A stretch of 64,000 nt of DNA from NCBI GenBank assembly GCA_039630485.1, contig JBCNUX010000004.1, positions 808 to 64,807 on the forward strand, read 5' to 3'. The notes below the pieces were generated by a model that saw only the letters and a program-made list of their open reading frames with translations, was not told the DNA's origin and ran no database searches. The DNA comes from Chlorobiota bacterium. Its GTDB lineage: Bacteria > Bacteroidota > Ignavibacteria > Kapaibacteriales > HRBIN21. Position numbers and translations under genes: made by a program. The first letter of the stretch is position 1. The number at the start of each line of letters is the position of its first letter. Positions 57,205 through 64,000 of this stretch are shown here, one piece after another.

Positions 57205-58760
57205 CGAGCAACGGCGGTCTTCCGGACCTCGCGGATGACGGTGACTTTGACCTGTCCGGGGTACTGCATCTCCGTCTCGATACGTGCGGCCAGTTGCCGG
57301 GCGAGTTCTTCAGCGCTCTGGTCGTCGATGCGCTCCGGCTCCACGATGACCCGAATCTCGCGCCCTGCTTGGATGGCATAGCTCTTCACCACTCCGGCAA
57401 AGCTATTCGCAAGCGACTCCAACTGCTCCAAGCGGCGGACGTACTCTTCCAGTGTCTCCCGGCGTGCGCCCGGACGTGCGCCGCTGACGGCATCGGCAGC
57501 CTGAACGAGCACTGCAATCGGGCTCTCCATTGGGATGTCCTCGTGGTGCGCCCCCACGGCGTTGCAGACGACAGGGTGCTCATTGTACCGCTTCAGCAGC
57601 TCGTAGCCCACTAGGGCATGGGGAGCATCAGCATTCTCTACGCACTTGCCGATGTCGTGGAGCAAACCAGCACGCTTTGCCAAGTGTGGATCCAGTCGGA
57701 GTTCGGCAGCCATGATACCGGCCAGGCGCGCGACCTCGAGGGAGTGAGCCAACAAGTTCTGCCCATAGCTAGACCGGAAGCGCATCTTACCGACGTAGTA
57801 GAGCAGCTTCGGGTGCAGATTGTGCAACCCTAGCTCGGCAGCGGCTTCTTGTCCAGTCCGGGGCAGACTCTCCTCCAACTCGCGCCGGACCTTCTCCACG
57901 ACTTCCTCGATCCGGGCGGGATGGATGCGCCCATCTGCAACGAGTCGCTCCAATGCTATTCGAGCCACTTCGCGCCGGAAGGGATCGAAGCAGGACAGTA
58001 CCACCGCCTCCGGAGTGTCGTCGATGATAAGATCCACGCCCGTAGCAGCCTCGAAAGCACGGATATTCCGCCCTTCACGGCCGATGATGCGTCCTTTCAT
58101 CTCCTCGTTCGGCAGCTGCACCACCGTCACGGTCATCTCCATACTATGGTCAGCAGCCGTGCGTTGGATGGCTTGGACGATGATGCTCTTCGCCTCGCGC
58201 TCGGCCGTCAAGCGGGCCTCTTCGCGGATCTGGCGGATATACTGAGCGGCTTCATTCCGAGCCTCGTTGAGGAGGTTCTCCATGAGGAGCTGCTTGGCCT
58301 GCTCCCGACTGATGCCGGCAATCTGCTCCAGTCGGGCTATCTGCTCTTGTACGAGCTGATGGGCTTCGTGGAGCTTCTGCTCCAACTGTTGCTGCCGCTG
58401 CGCCAGTTCCTGCTCCAGAGCCTGGAAGTGTCGCTCTTTGCGCTGGACGAGCTCCAGGCGCTCTTGGAGCGCTTCTTCACGGGACTTTAGCTGCCGCTCA
58501 AGGGTTTGGAGCTTGTTTCGCTTGGCCGTAACTTCAGCCTCAAACTCCTGACGTTGGCGCTGCCACTCCTCCTTGAGTTCCAGCAACTTCTCCTTCTTGA
58601 GGGCCTTCGCTTCCCGCTCAGCTTCCTCTAGGACACGGCGAGCCTGCCGCTCTGCCTCAGCCAATTTCGACGCTGCCAACCGTGAACCGATGAAGTACGC
58701 GACGACAAATCCGCCGATGAGTCCCAAGAGGCTGGTGGCGAGAATCCAAAGTTCTGTCAT
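57201..58760 (-). CDS. rny: ribonuclease Y
   Basis: Trimmed to ATG 58760 (MTELWILATSLLGLIGGFVVAYF, TM anchor). Coiled coil, KH domain (GRIIGREGRNIRAFE), HD domain (HSLEVARLAGIMA...LLHDIGK). Confidence 0.93.
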   Translation of the reverse strand: MTELWILATSLLGLIGGFVVAYFIGSRLAASKLAEAERQARRVLEEAEREAKALKKEKLLELKEEWQRQRQEFEAEVTAKRNKLQTLERQLKSREEALQERLELVQRKERHFQALEQELAQRQQQLEQKLHEAHQLVQEQIARLEQIAGISREQAKQLLMENLLNEARNEAAQYIRQIREEARLTAEREAKSIIVQAIQRTAADHSMEMTVTVVQLPNEEMKGRIIGREGRNIRAFEAATGVDLIIDDTPEAVVLSCFDPFRREVARIALERLVADGRIHPARIEEVVEKVRRELEESLPRTGQEAAAELGLHNLHPKLLYYVGKMRFRSSYGQNLLAHSLEVARLAGIMAAELRLDPHLAKRAGLLHDIGKCVENADAPHALVGYELLKRYNEHPVVCNAVGAHHEDIPMESPIAVLVQAADAVSGARPGARRETLEEYVRRLEQLESLANSFAGVVKSYAIQAGREIRVIVEPERIDDQSAEELARQLAARIETEMQYPGQVKVTVIREVRKTAVAR

Positions 58761-58787
58761 CGTTCCGTTGCTGCCTGTACGACATGT

Positions 58788-59020
58788 CCAAACAAAAGCG
58801 CCGCACCCAACTCGTAAGGTCACCGGGAGCCGAAGCGGTCCTGCATCGTACGGTGGGAGATAGCCTACCTACGTTTGGCTTCCTCCGAGCCACCAACGGC
58901 CCCTACCGCTGACGGTAGGCGAGGCCTGCCATTCGCAGGCAGAGTCCGTCTCCCTTCTGCTCTTCAGTCTGCCGTTCGCTCACCGGACACGGCTGAGCAC
59001 GAGTGGGTGCGGCGCCGTCT
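58788..59020 (-). ncRNA. candidate structured RNA (about 230 nt) between zapA and rny; 6S-like genomic position, identity unproven
   Basis: On the - strand, GCGCCGCACCCACTCG (59015..59000) pairs with CGAGTTGGGTGCGGCGC (58814..58798). That is 16 bp with one bulged U, and 17-18 bp if the flanking G-U and A-U pairs are counted. It is followed by CTTTTGTTT. Inside are a second helix CCGG-GAGC-GAA-CGG/CCG-TTC-GCTC-CCGG and three local hairpins: GCCTGC-gaatg-GCAGGC, CCTACCG-tcag-CGGTAGG and CGTT-TGGCT-cggagga-AGCCA-AACG. Confidence 0.35.
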
Positions 59021-59037
59021 GCTTGTAAGAGTAGCTG

Positions 59038-59355
59038 TCAAAGAGCGACATCCGGATGCTCCGGGCTGACTCCGGGGGATGCCAAAAGGTTGTCGGCGTA
59101 AGCAATCATACGTTCGACATTCTCCAGCGTATAGCGGAGGTCAGCCTCATGGCGAGAACGGACCTCATGGTACCGTTCCGCCAGGTTGAGCGCCACGAGT
59201 ATCGCCATCGTCGTCGTTGATTGCTCCGGCACCTGTGCTTGGAGTTGCTGCCACTGTCCCTCAACTTCGCGGGCAGACTGCAGCAGCCTCTGCTCATCCT
59301 CCCCGCGGAGGACATACTCGCGCCCGGCGATGGTGACGCGAACGGTGTGTTCCAT
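59038..59355 (-). CDS. zapA: cell division protein ZapA
   Basis: Trimmed to ATG 59355. MEHTVRVTIAGREYVLRGEDEQRLLQSAREVEGQWQQL...TTMAILVALNLAERY is typical of ZapA. Confidence 0.8.
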   Translation of the reverse strand: MEHTVRVTIAGREYVLRGEDEQRLLQSAREVEGQWQQLQAQVPEQSTTTMAILVALNLAERYHEVRSRHEADLRYTLENVERMIAYADNLLASPGVSPEHPDVAL

Positions 59356-59387
59356 TCCGCTCCCGGTCTCGCTCTTGCCGAACAAAA

Positions 59388-60293
59388 TTATGCCTTTTCC
59401 GGTGGCTGAGGGGAGGGTTCCTTCAAGAGGTGCTCTAGGAGCTCAACGAGCTGTCGGAGCCGGGTTAGGAGCTCTTGCCGGTCCGGCTCCGGGAAGAGGA
59501 GAATACTCTGGAGTCGTTCAGCCAGTTGTTGGAGCTCTGAGCGCAGGAGGGTTTGGAGCTGCTCTACTTGCACACCGAGCCGCTCTAAACGGTCTACTGG
59601 GGCCGAGTACGACTCTAACAGCCGTAGCAGGTGGCGTTGGAGTAGCTCCAACTCCTGCTCACTCTGGCGAGCTCGCTCCTGTGCCTTGGCCAGCTCTTGC
59701 CGGAGCTGCTCCCACTCCTCTGGAGAGGCCCCCTGGTCCAGCCGACGCTTCAGCTCCGCGTTCTCCTCCTGCAGGGCCAAAAGCTGCCCCGAATAGGCAG
59801 CAAGTTGCTGCTCACGCTCCTGGAGCTGAATCCGCAACGCTGCAAGCTCCGCCACCACGTCCGAGGAGCGTGCCTGCTGGAGCTGATCGCGGCATTCCTC
59901 CAGCTCCTTCTGTCGTGCATAGAGTTCGTGGTTGCGGCGGACAAGCTCCTGCTGGGCTAACCGGAACTCCTCCTGAACTCGCTGCAGCTCAGCCTGATAG
60001 CTCTCCAATTGGGGACGCAGGGAGGAGAGCTCTTCCTGGAGCTGCTCGCACGCCTCTTCAGCCTCTCGGAGCTGCTGCCGCAAGCGCTCGCATTCCTGCT
60101 GCAACTGCTCAATTGCAGCCTGCTGCCCGTGAAGTTGGGCCACTTCGCGGCGAAGTTGCTGGAGCTGGTTACGCAGATGGAGATTCTCCACCGCCACCTC
60201 CTGATAGCGCTCACCGAAGAGACGCAGCCGCTCCCAGAGCCGTAACAGAGCAGCCTGGACCTCCGGACTGGGCTGTGGAGGATTAAGGTCCAT
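59388..60293 (-). CDS. Gln/Glu/Leu-rich coiled-coil protein (possible ZapB-like division factor)
   Basis: 301-aa ORF with heptad-like sequence throughout (LRNQLQQLRREVAQLHGQQAAIEQLQQECERLRQQLREAEE...). It sits between pheT and zapA. The opposite-strand ORF 59186..60286 is Ala/Pro/Gly-rich junk. Confidence 0.6.
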   Translation of the reverse strand: MDLNPPQPSPEVQAALLRLWERLRLFGERYQEVAVENLHLRNQLQQLRREVAQLHGQQAAIEQLQQECERLRQQLREAEEACEQLQEELSSLRPQLESYQAELQRVQEEFRLAQQELVRRNHELYARQKELEECRDQLQQARSSDVVAELAALRIQLQEREQQLAAYSGQLLALQEENAELKRRLDQGASPEEWEQLRQELAKAQERARQSEQELELLQRHLLRLLESYSAPVDRLERLGVQVEQLQTLLRSELQQLAERLQSILLFPEPDRQELLTRLRQLVELLEHLLKEPSPQPPEKA

Positions 60294-62704
60294 CAGCGGC
60301 GCAGCTGCGCTCCGAGTTGCTGCTCCACCTCAGAGATGATCCGCTCCAGAACTGGAGCGATCTCCTCTTCTCGCAGTGTTCGCTCGCGGGAGCGGAAGCG
60401 GAGAGCAAATGCAACGCTCCGCTTCCCCTCTCCAAGAGCTGGAGAGGTGTAGACGTCGAAGAGCACCACTTCTTCCAACCACTCCCCGGCTACTTGCCGG
60501 ATGAGCTCTATGAAGCGTGTAACGGGGAGAGTGGCATCGGCTACGAAGGCCAAGTCACGTCGTAGGGCAGGATACTCGGCTACCGGTACATACTGTGGAG
60601 GTGACCCAACCCACCGCTGTAGTGCCACAAGGTCCAAAACCCCCACAAAGGCCGCCTGCTCCACCTCCATGCTCTTCAAGACCCTTGGGCGCAGTTGTCC
60701 AATCCACCCTACCGGATCTCCCCCGCAGTAGAGGCGCAGTGCCGTAGCTGGAAGAATCCAGGCTGGAGCCTCCGCTTGCCAGGGTCGCCACTCCACATCC
60801 GCGATTCTAAGACGCTGCAGTAGCTGTTCGACTACACCCCGGAGATCGTAGAAATCCGCCTCGCGCTGAGGGATTCCCCACTGCAATGGAGCAGCCATGC
60901 CGCTCAGGAGCAGCCCAAGCTGGAGCCGCTCTTCGTAGTCACTGAGCTGCTGCCCGTCACCTCCACGCCGCCGGAAGCTCTTGCCCACTTCAAAGATCCG
61001 CACCGTTCTCTCTCCCACCCGCACGTTGTGTGCCAGCACCCGAACGAGCGAAGGGACCAATGATGGACGCAGCACTGAGGTCTCAATGCCCAGAGCATTG
61101 ACTAACTGAACTGGCTGCTGATCCCACTGTTGCGCCGTTGCGGGATCGATCAGGACCGGCGTAAAGACCTGCTGGAATCCCCATTCCACGAGTGCAGCCA
61201 CCACTGCCTGCTCTATGGCTGGGGAGCAGAGCTCCTCCGGTAGCGGCTGCAGCTGGAGCGGTGAATCGGCACTCTCCGCTGCAGGGATACGGTCGTAGCC
61301 ATACAGCCGTGCAACCTCTTCAACGATGTCGATCTCCTCGGAGATGTCAGCCCGGAAGGGTGGTACACGAAGCAGGCATCCATCTTCCGTCTGAGCCTCC
61401 ACGCGGAATCCTAAGCGCTCTGCGAGCTCTACAACGCGCGAGGGCTGAAGCTCCACCCCCAAGACCTGATTGACACGGCTATACCGCACCAGCACACGCC
61501 GGCTGTTACTGGGGGGCTGACCTGCCAGCAGTGGCGCCGTCATCGTCCCGCCACCAAGCTCTACCAACAGCTGTGCTGCACGAATGAGTGCTGGCACGAC
61601 ACCCTGCGGGTCCACACCGCGCTGGAAGCGGTACGCAGCCTCCGTCTCTAAAGCATGGCGCCGAGCCGTGCGTCGGATGACCGTGGGGCGGAACAGAGCC
61701 GATTCTATCAGAACATGCCGTGTCGCACTCGTCACCTGCGACTCCTGTCCTCCTATCACTCCAGCCAGTGCTAGAGGCTTCTGAGGGTCAGCGATGAGGA
61801 GGTCCTCAGAAGTGAGTCTGTACAGCCGTCCGTCCAGCCCACAGAAATGCTCTCCAGACTCTGCCCATCGGACTCGAAGCCGGTGCTCGGCAATCGTGGC
61901 ATAGTCAAAGGCATGCAGCGGCTGCCCGAGCTCTAACATGACGTAGTTCATCACGTCCACCGGCAGCGTACGCGGGCGAATGCCGGAGCGCCACAAGCGG
62001 ACCTGCATCCACAGAGGTGCCTCCTGTGGCGATATCTCAGTCACCAAGCAACACGCGTACAGTGAACACCCCTCCCGCGCCTCTATCTCTACGTCTACCT
62101 CTGTCCGAGGCAAGTCTGGTAGCGTCCCCACCTCTGGGGACTGTAAGGGCAGCCGACCGTAAGCAGCCAGCTCACGAGCAATCCCAAGGTGGCTCGCACA
62201 GTCGCCTCGATTCGGAGTCAATGCGACCTCGTAGATGACGTCCTCCGAGAACGGCGCGGCCTGCACTAACGGGGTCCCCGGTGGAACATCGAACAGTGGC
62301 TCCCAAATCCCCTCCGCCTCCTCCCCAAGCATCAGCTCCCAGCGACTACAAAGCATCGCCTCAGACTCAACGCCAGCAATCTCTCGAGGCTGGATTCTCA
62401 CTCCAGTCTGTGGCACTATAGCTCCCGGCAACGCCACAACCGCTCGCTGCCCTCGACGAGGAGCCACACCGGCAACGATTTGGAGCTGCTCCGTTCCAAT
62501 CCCTACACGGCAGACCCACAACCCATCACGGTATGGGTGTGGAGCAACCTCTTCTACCACCCCAAGCACAAATCCAGCGTATCGGCCGCGCCAGTCTTCC
62601 ACAGTCTCCACTTCCAGGCCCAGGTTCGTCAAGATGTCAGCAACCTCTGCCGGTGTCCACGGCAGTGCACAGAAGTCTTGCAACCACCGATAGGAGACCC
62701 GCAT
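60293..62704 (-). CDS. pheT: phenylalanine--tRNA ligase subunit beta
   Basis: Trimmed to ATG 62704 (MRVSYRWLQDFCALPWTPAEVADILTNLGLEVE). tRNA-binding, B3/4, B5 and FDX-ACB regions are recognisable. Confidence 0.95.
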   Translation of the reverse strand: MRVSYRWLQDFCALPWTPAEVADILTNLGLEVETVEDWRGRYAGFVLGVVEEVAPHPYRDGLWVCRVGIGTEQLQIVAGVAPRRGQRAVVALPGAIVPQTGVRIQPREIAGVESEAMLCSRWELMLGEEAEGIWEPLFDVPPGTPLVQAAPFSEDVIYEVALTPNRGDCASHLGIARELAAYGRLPLQSPEVGTLPDLPRTEVDVEIEAREGCSLYACCLVTEISPQEAPLWMQVRLWRSGIRPRTLPVDVMNYVMLELGQPLHAFDYATIAEHRLRVRWAESGEHFCGLDGRLYRLTSEDLLIADPQKPLALAGVIGGQESQVTSATRHVLIESALFRPTVIRRTARRHALETEAAYRFQRGVDPQGVVPALIRAAQLLVELGGGTMTAPLLAGQPPSNSRRVLVRYSRVNQVLGVELQPSRVVELAERLGFRVEAQTEDGCLLRVPPFRADISEEIDIVEEVARLYGYDRIPAAESADSPLQLQPLPEELCSPAIEQAVVAALVEWGFQQVFTPVLIDPATAQQWDQQPVQLVNALGIETSVLRPSLVPSLVRVLAHNVRVGERTVRIFEVGKSFRRRGGDGQQLSDYEERLQLGLLLSGMAAPLQWGIPQREADFYDLRGVVEQLLQRLRIADVEWRPWQAEAPAWILPATALRLYCGGDPVGWIGQLRPRVLKSMEVEQAAFVGVLDLVALQRWVGSPPQYVPVAEYPALRRDLAFVADATLPVTRFIELIRQVAGEWLEEVVLFDVYTSPALGEGKRSVAFALRFRSRERTLREEEIAPVLERIISEVEQQLGAQLRR

Positions 62705-62813
62705 CGCCGATTGCAGGCGTATAACCAAGAGCGAATTTAACAACTCATCCCCCGGAATCCTTCTGCGCGATCGCTGTTGACGTCGCCCTTAGCAGTGCAC
62801 TGAAAAAGTTTGC

Positions 62814-62821
62814 TATTTTTG
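62814..62821 (+). promoter_or_regulatory. TAnnTTTG promoter box (TATTTTTG) 20 nt upstream of tRNA-Thr
   Basis: Read directly from the sequence. A TTGACG element lies at 62776..62781. Confidence 0.5.
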
Positions 62822-62841
62822 TATGCCAAGTTTCGCTGATT

Positions 62842-62913
62842 GCCACCGTAGCTCAGTGGTAGAGCGGCTGATTTGTAATCAGCGGGTCGGGGGTTCGAAT
62901 CCCTCCGGTGGCT
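62842..62913 (+). tRNA. tRNA-Thr (anticodon UGU)
   Basis: Acceptor GCCACCG/CGGTGGC; D arm GCTC-AGTGGTA-GAGC; anticodon arm GCTGA-TTTGTAA-TCAGC (TGT at 34-36); T arm GGGGG-TTCGAAT-CCCTC; discriminator T. CCA is not encoded. Confidence 0.9.
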
Positions 62914-62989
62914 CAGCGGTCTAAGCAGAGGGGACACAATGGGTGCGGGGACCGCGGAAGTGCAGTACCGCAGCAGAAAGGAGAATGCT

Positions 62990-63199
62990 ATGCCGAAGCG
63001 AGGTCGTCCGAAAGGTTCTCGGCGTCCTATCCTGTTCCAGAGGAGCAAGCGGCTGCTTTCGGTGATGCTCGACTCCAACGACTACGAAGCATTACAGCAG
63101 ATTGCTCTCAGCCTGGGACTGGCTGCTTCCACATTCGTACGAATGCTCATCAAGCAGCAAATCCACGAGCACGCAGCAAAGCAGCAGCTAACGCAGTAA
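62990..63199 (+). CDS. small ribbon-helix-helix (CopG/MobC-like) DNA-binding protein with N-terminal AT-hook-like KRGRPKG
   Basis: ATG 62990 is preceded by AAAGGAG. MPKRGRPKGSRRPILFQRSKRLLSVMLDSNDYEALQQIALSLGLAASTFVRMLIKQQI fits a strand-helix-helix layout. Confidence 0.55.
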   Translation: MPKRGRPKGSRRPILFQRSKRLLSVMLDSNDYEALQQIALSLGLAASTFVRMLIKQQIHEHAAKQQLTQ

Positions 63200-63236
63200 T
63201 CGCCCTGCCGAGCGAGGCACCGCAGCCCTCCACCTG

Positions 63237-64000
63237 ATGCAGGAAGTCCGACTCCGTGCAGGTCACGAGCAGCGCGTTCGGAGCGGACACCTGTGGGTCT
63301 TCAGCAACGAGCTTCAGGAACTCCCCCGCCTTTCGCCAGGCAGTGTTGTACGCGTCCTCTCGGCAAAAGGTGAGAGCTTCGGCATCGGGCTCTACAATCC
63401 ACACAGTCTCATTGCCGTCCGGCTCCTCCGTACGGAGCTTGAGGACCTCAGCGTAGACTTCTTCGCAGAGCGCATCGCTCAAGCCCTTGCCCTCCGACAG
63501 CGGCTCTGCCCTGGGGAGGAAGCATACCGGCTCGTCCACGGAGAAGCGGATTTCTTGCCGGGGCTCGTCATTGACCGGTACGGCGACTACCTCGCCGTAC
63601 AGACACTCTCCGCTGGCATGGACCTTCGACTGCCAATGATTGTGGAGGCATTGCGATGCGTACTGCCCGAAATTCAGGGAATCGTGGAGAAGAACCATTC
63701 CCGGCTGCGCACATACGAACAGCTCCCCTTTCGACAGGGGATCCTATACGGCACCATCCCAGAACGACTCCTGCTGCAGGAGTTTGGAGTCCGGATGGAA
63801 CTCCGACTGCTAGAAAGCCAGAAGACCGGAGCCTACTTAGACCAGCGCTACCACCGGGCACTAACGGGACGGTTGGCATATGGCCTACGAGTCCTTGACT
63901 GCTTTACCTACCACGGCGGCTTCGCCCTCCATGCCGGCCTCCATGGAGCCCGAGAGGTTCTCGGGGTAGATAGCTCCGCTACCGCCGTAGAGTGTGCTCG
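63237..64000 (+). CDS. PUA-domain class I SAM-dependent rRNA methyltransferase (RlmI/RlmK-like), 5' part; continues past the right edge
   Basis: Absent from the ORF track because there is no stop in the window. Manual translation from ATG 63237 gives MQEVRLRAGHEQRVRSGHLWVFSNELQEL...GLVIDRYGDYLAVQTLSAGM...LLESQKTGAYLDQRYHR...VLDCFTYHGGFALHA...EVLGVDSSATAVE. The antisense ORF 63150..63698 is therefore spurious. Confidence 0.8.
   Translation, partial: MQEVRLRAGHEQRVRSGHLWVFSNELQELPRLSPGSVVRVLSAKGESFGIGLYNPHSLIAVRLLRTELEDLSVDFFAERIAQALALRQRLCPGEEAYRLVHGEADFLPGLVIDRYGDYLAVQTLSAGMDLRLPMIVEALRCVLPEIQGIVEKNHSRLRTYEQLPFRQGILYGTIPERLLLQEFGVRMELRLLESQKTGAYLDQRYHRALTGRLAYGLRVLDCFTYHGGFALHAGLHGAREVLGVDSSATAVECA

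Noticed and set aside
58860-58900. GGAGGAAGCC in the zapA-rny spacer as an RNase P P4-like motif
   Set aside because: It is only a partial resemblance to GAGGAAAGUCC. The element is far too short for RNase P RNA and lacks its other conserved regions.
59186-60286. 366-aa plus-strand ORF (Ala/Pro/Gly-rich)
   Set aside because: It is antisense to a well-formed coiled-coil ORF located between pheT and zapA. Its composition is typical of an off-strand read in GC-rich DNA.
63150-63698. 182-aa minus-strand ORF
   Set aside because: It is antisense to a clearly recognisable RlmI-like methyltransferase (63237..>64000, +). The track omits that gene because it runs off the window.
62842-64000. Genomic island or prophage integrated at tRNA-Thr
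   Set aside because: No integrase, no repeat of the tRNA 3' end and no compositional shift are visible. The second gene downstream is housekeeping. Only the small RHH gene is unusual, and it is reported separately.
1-64000. CRISPR arrays, rRNA genes, IS elements or transposases, and recognisable defence systems
   Set aside because: No regularly spaced repeats longer than 20 nt, no rRNA-like sequence and no transposase, integrase or defence-type domains were seen in any ORF. Short repeats that were found are reported individually.

Overview
Dense, high-GC bacterial chromosome segment of about 55 genes, nearly all housekeeping. Several secreted proteins end in T9SS-type C-terminal sorting domains, and TAnnTTTG boxes sit just upstream of many genes and both tRNAs. 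Both point to the Bacteroidota/Chlorobi/Ignavibacteria (FCB) group; this is inference, as no search was possible.

Confident calls:
- Translation and RNA: prfA, tRNA-Pro(CGG), tRNA-Thr(UGU), valS, pheT, rnz, rny, rsmE, and a PUA-domain rRNA methyltransferase running off the right edge.
- Metabolism: accA, adk, pdxJ, thiolase, 2-oxoacid:ferredoxin oxidoreductase korAB, ypdA.
- Replication and division: holB, a PSP1/RicT-like gene, zapA.
- Transport: a Tro/Znu-type metal ABC transporter (binding protein, ATPase, two permeases).
- Surface polysaccharide cluster, about 15.2-25.5 kb: GT2/GT4 enzymes, a phosphoglycosyl transferase, a Wza-like exporter, wecB, a sugar dehydrogenase, rfbB.

Two real genes are missing from the ORF track because they run off the window: an S8 peptidase (1..526, -) and the methyltransferase (63237..64000, +). 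I saw no CRISPR array, rRNA, transposase or integrase.

Observations most worth a second look:
1. The 1754-codon T9SS beta-helix gene switches abruptly near 49.84 kb to almost only G-ending codons, with extreme strand skew over its 3' 2.9 kb.
2. A roughly 230-nt intergenic RNA between zapA and rny is closed by a 16-18 bp long-range helix followed by a U-tract (6S-like position).
3. An orphan minus-strand promoter-box plus terminator pair between two plus-strand genes suggests an sRNA of about 85 nt.
4. An ABC-3 permease is fused to a complete DtxR-like metal-sensor domain.
5. A pseudouridine-synthase homologue lacks the catalytic Asp.

All calls come from reading the sequence and ORF track by eye. 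Start codons, RNA ends and family names are provisional.
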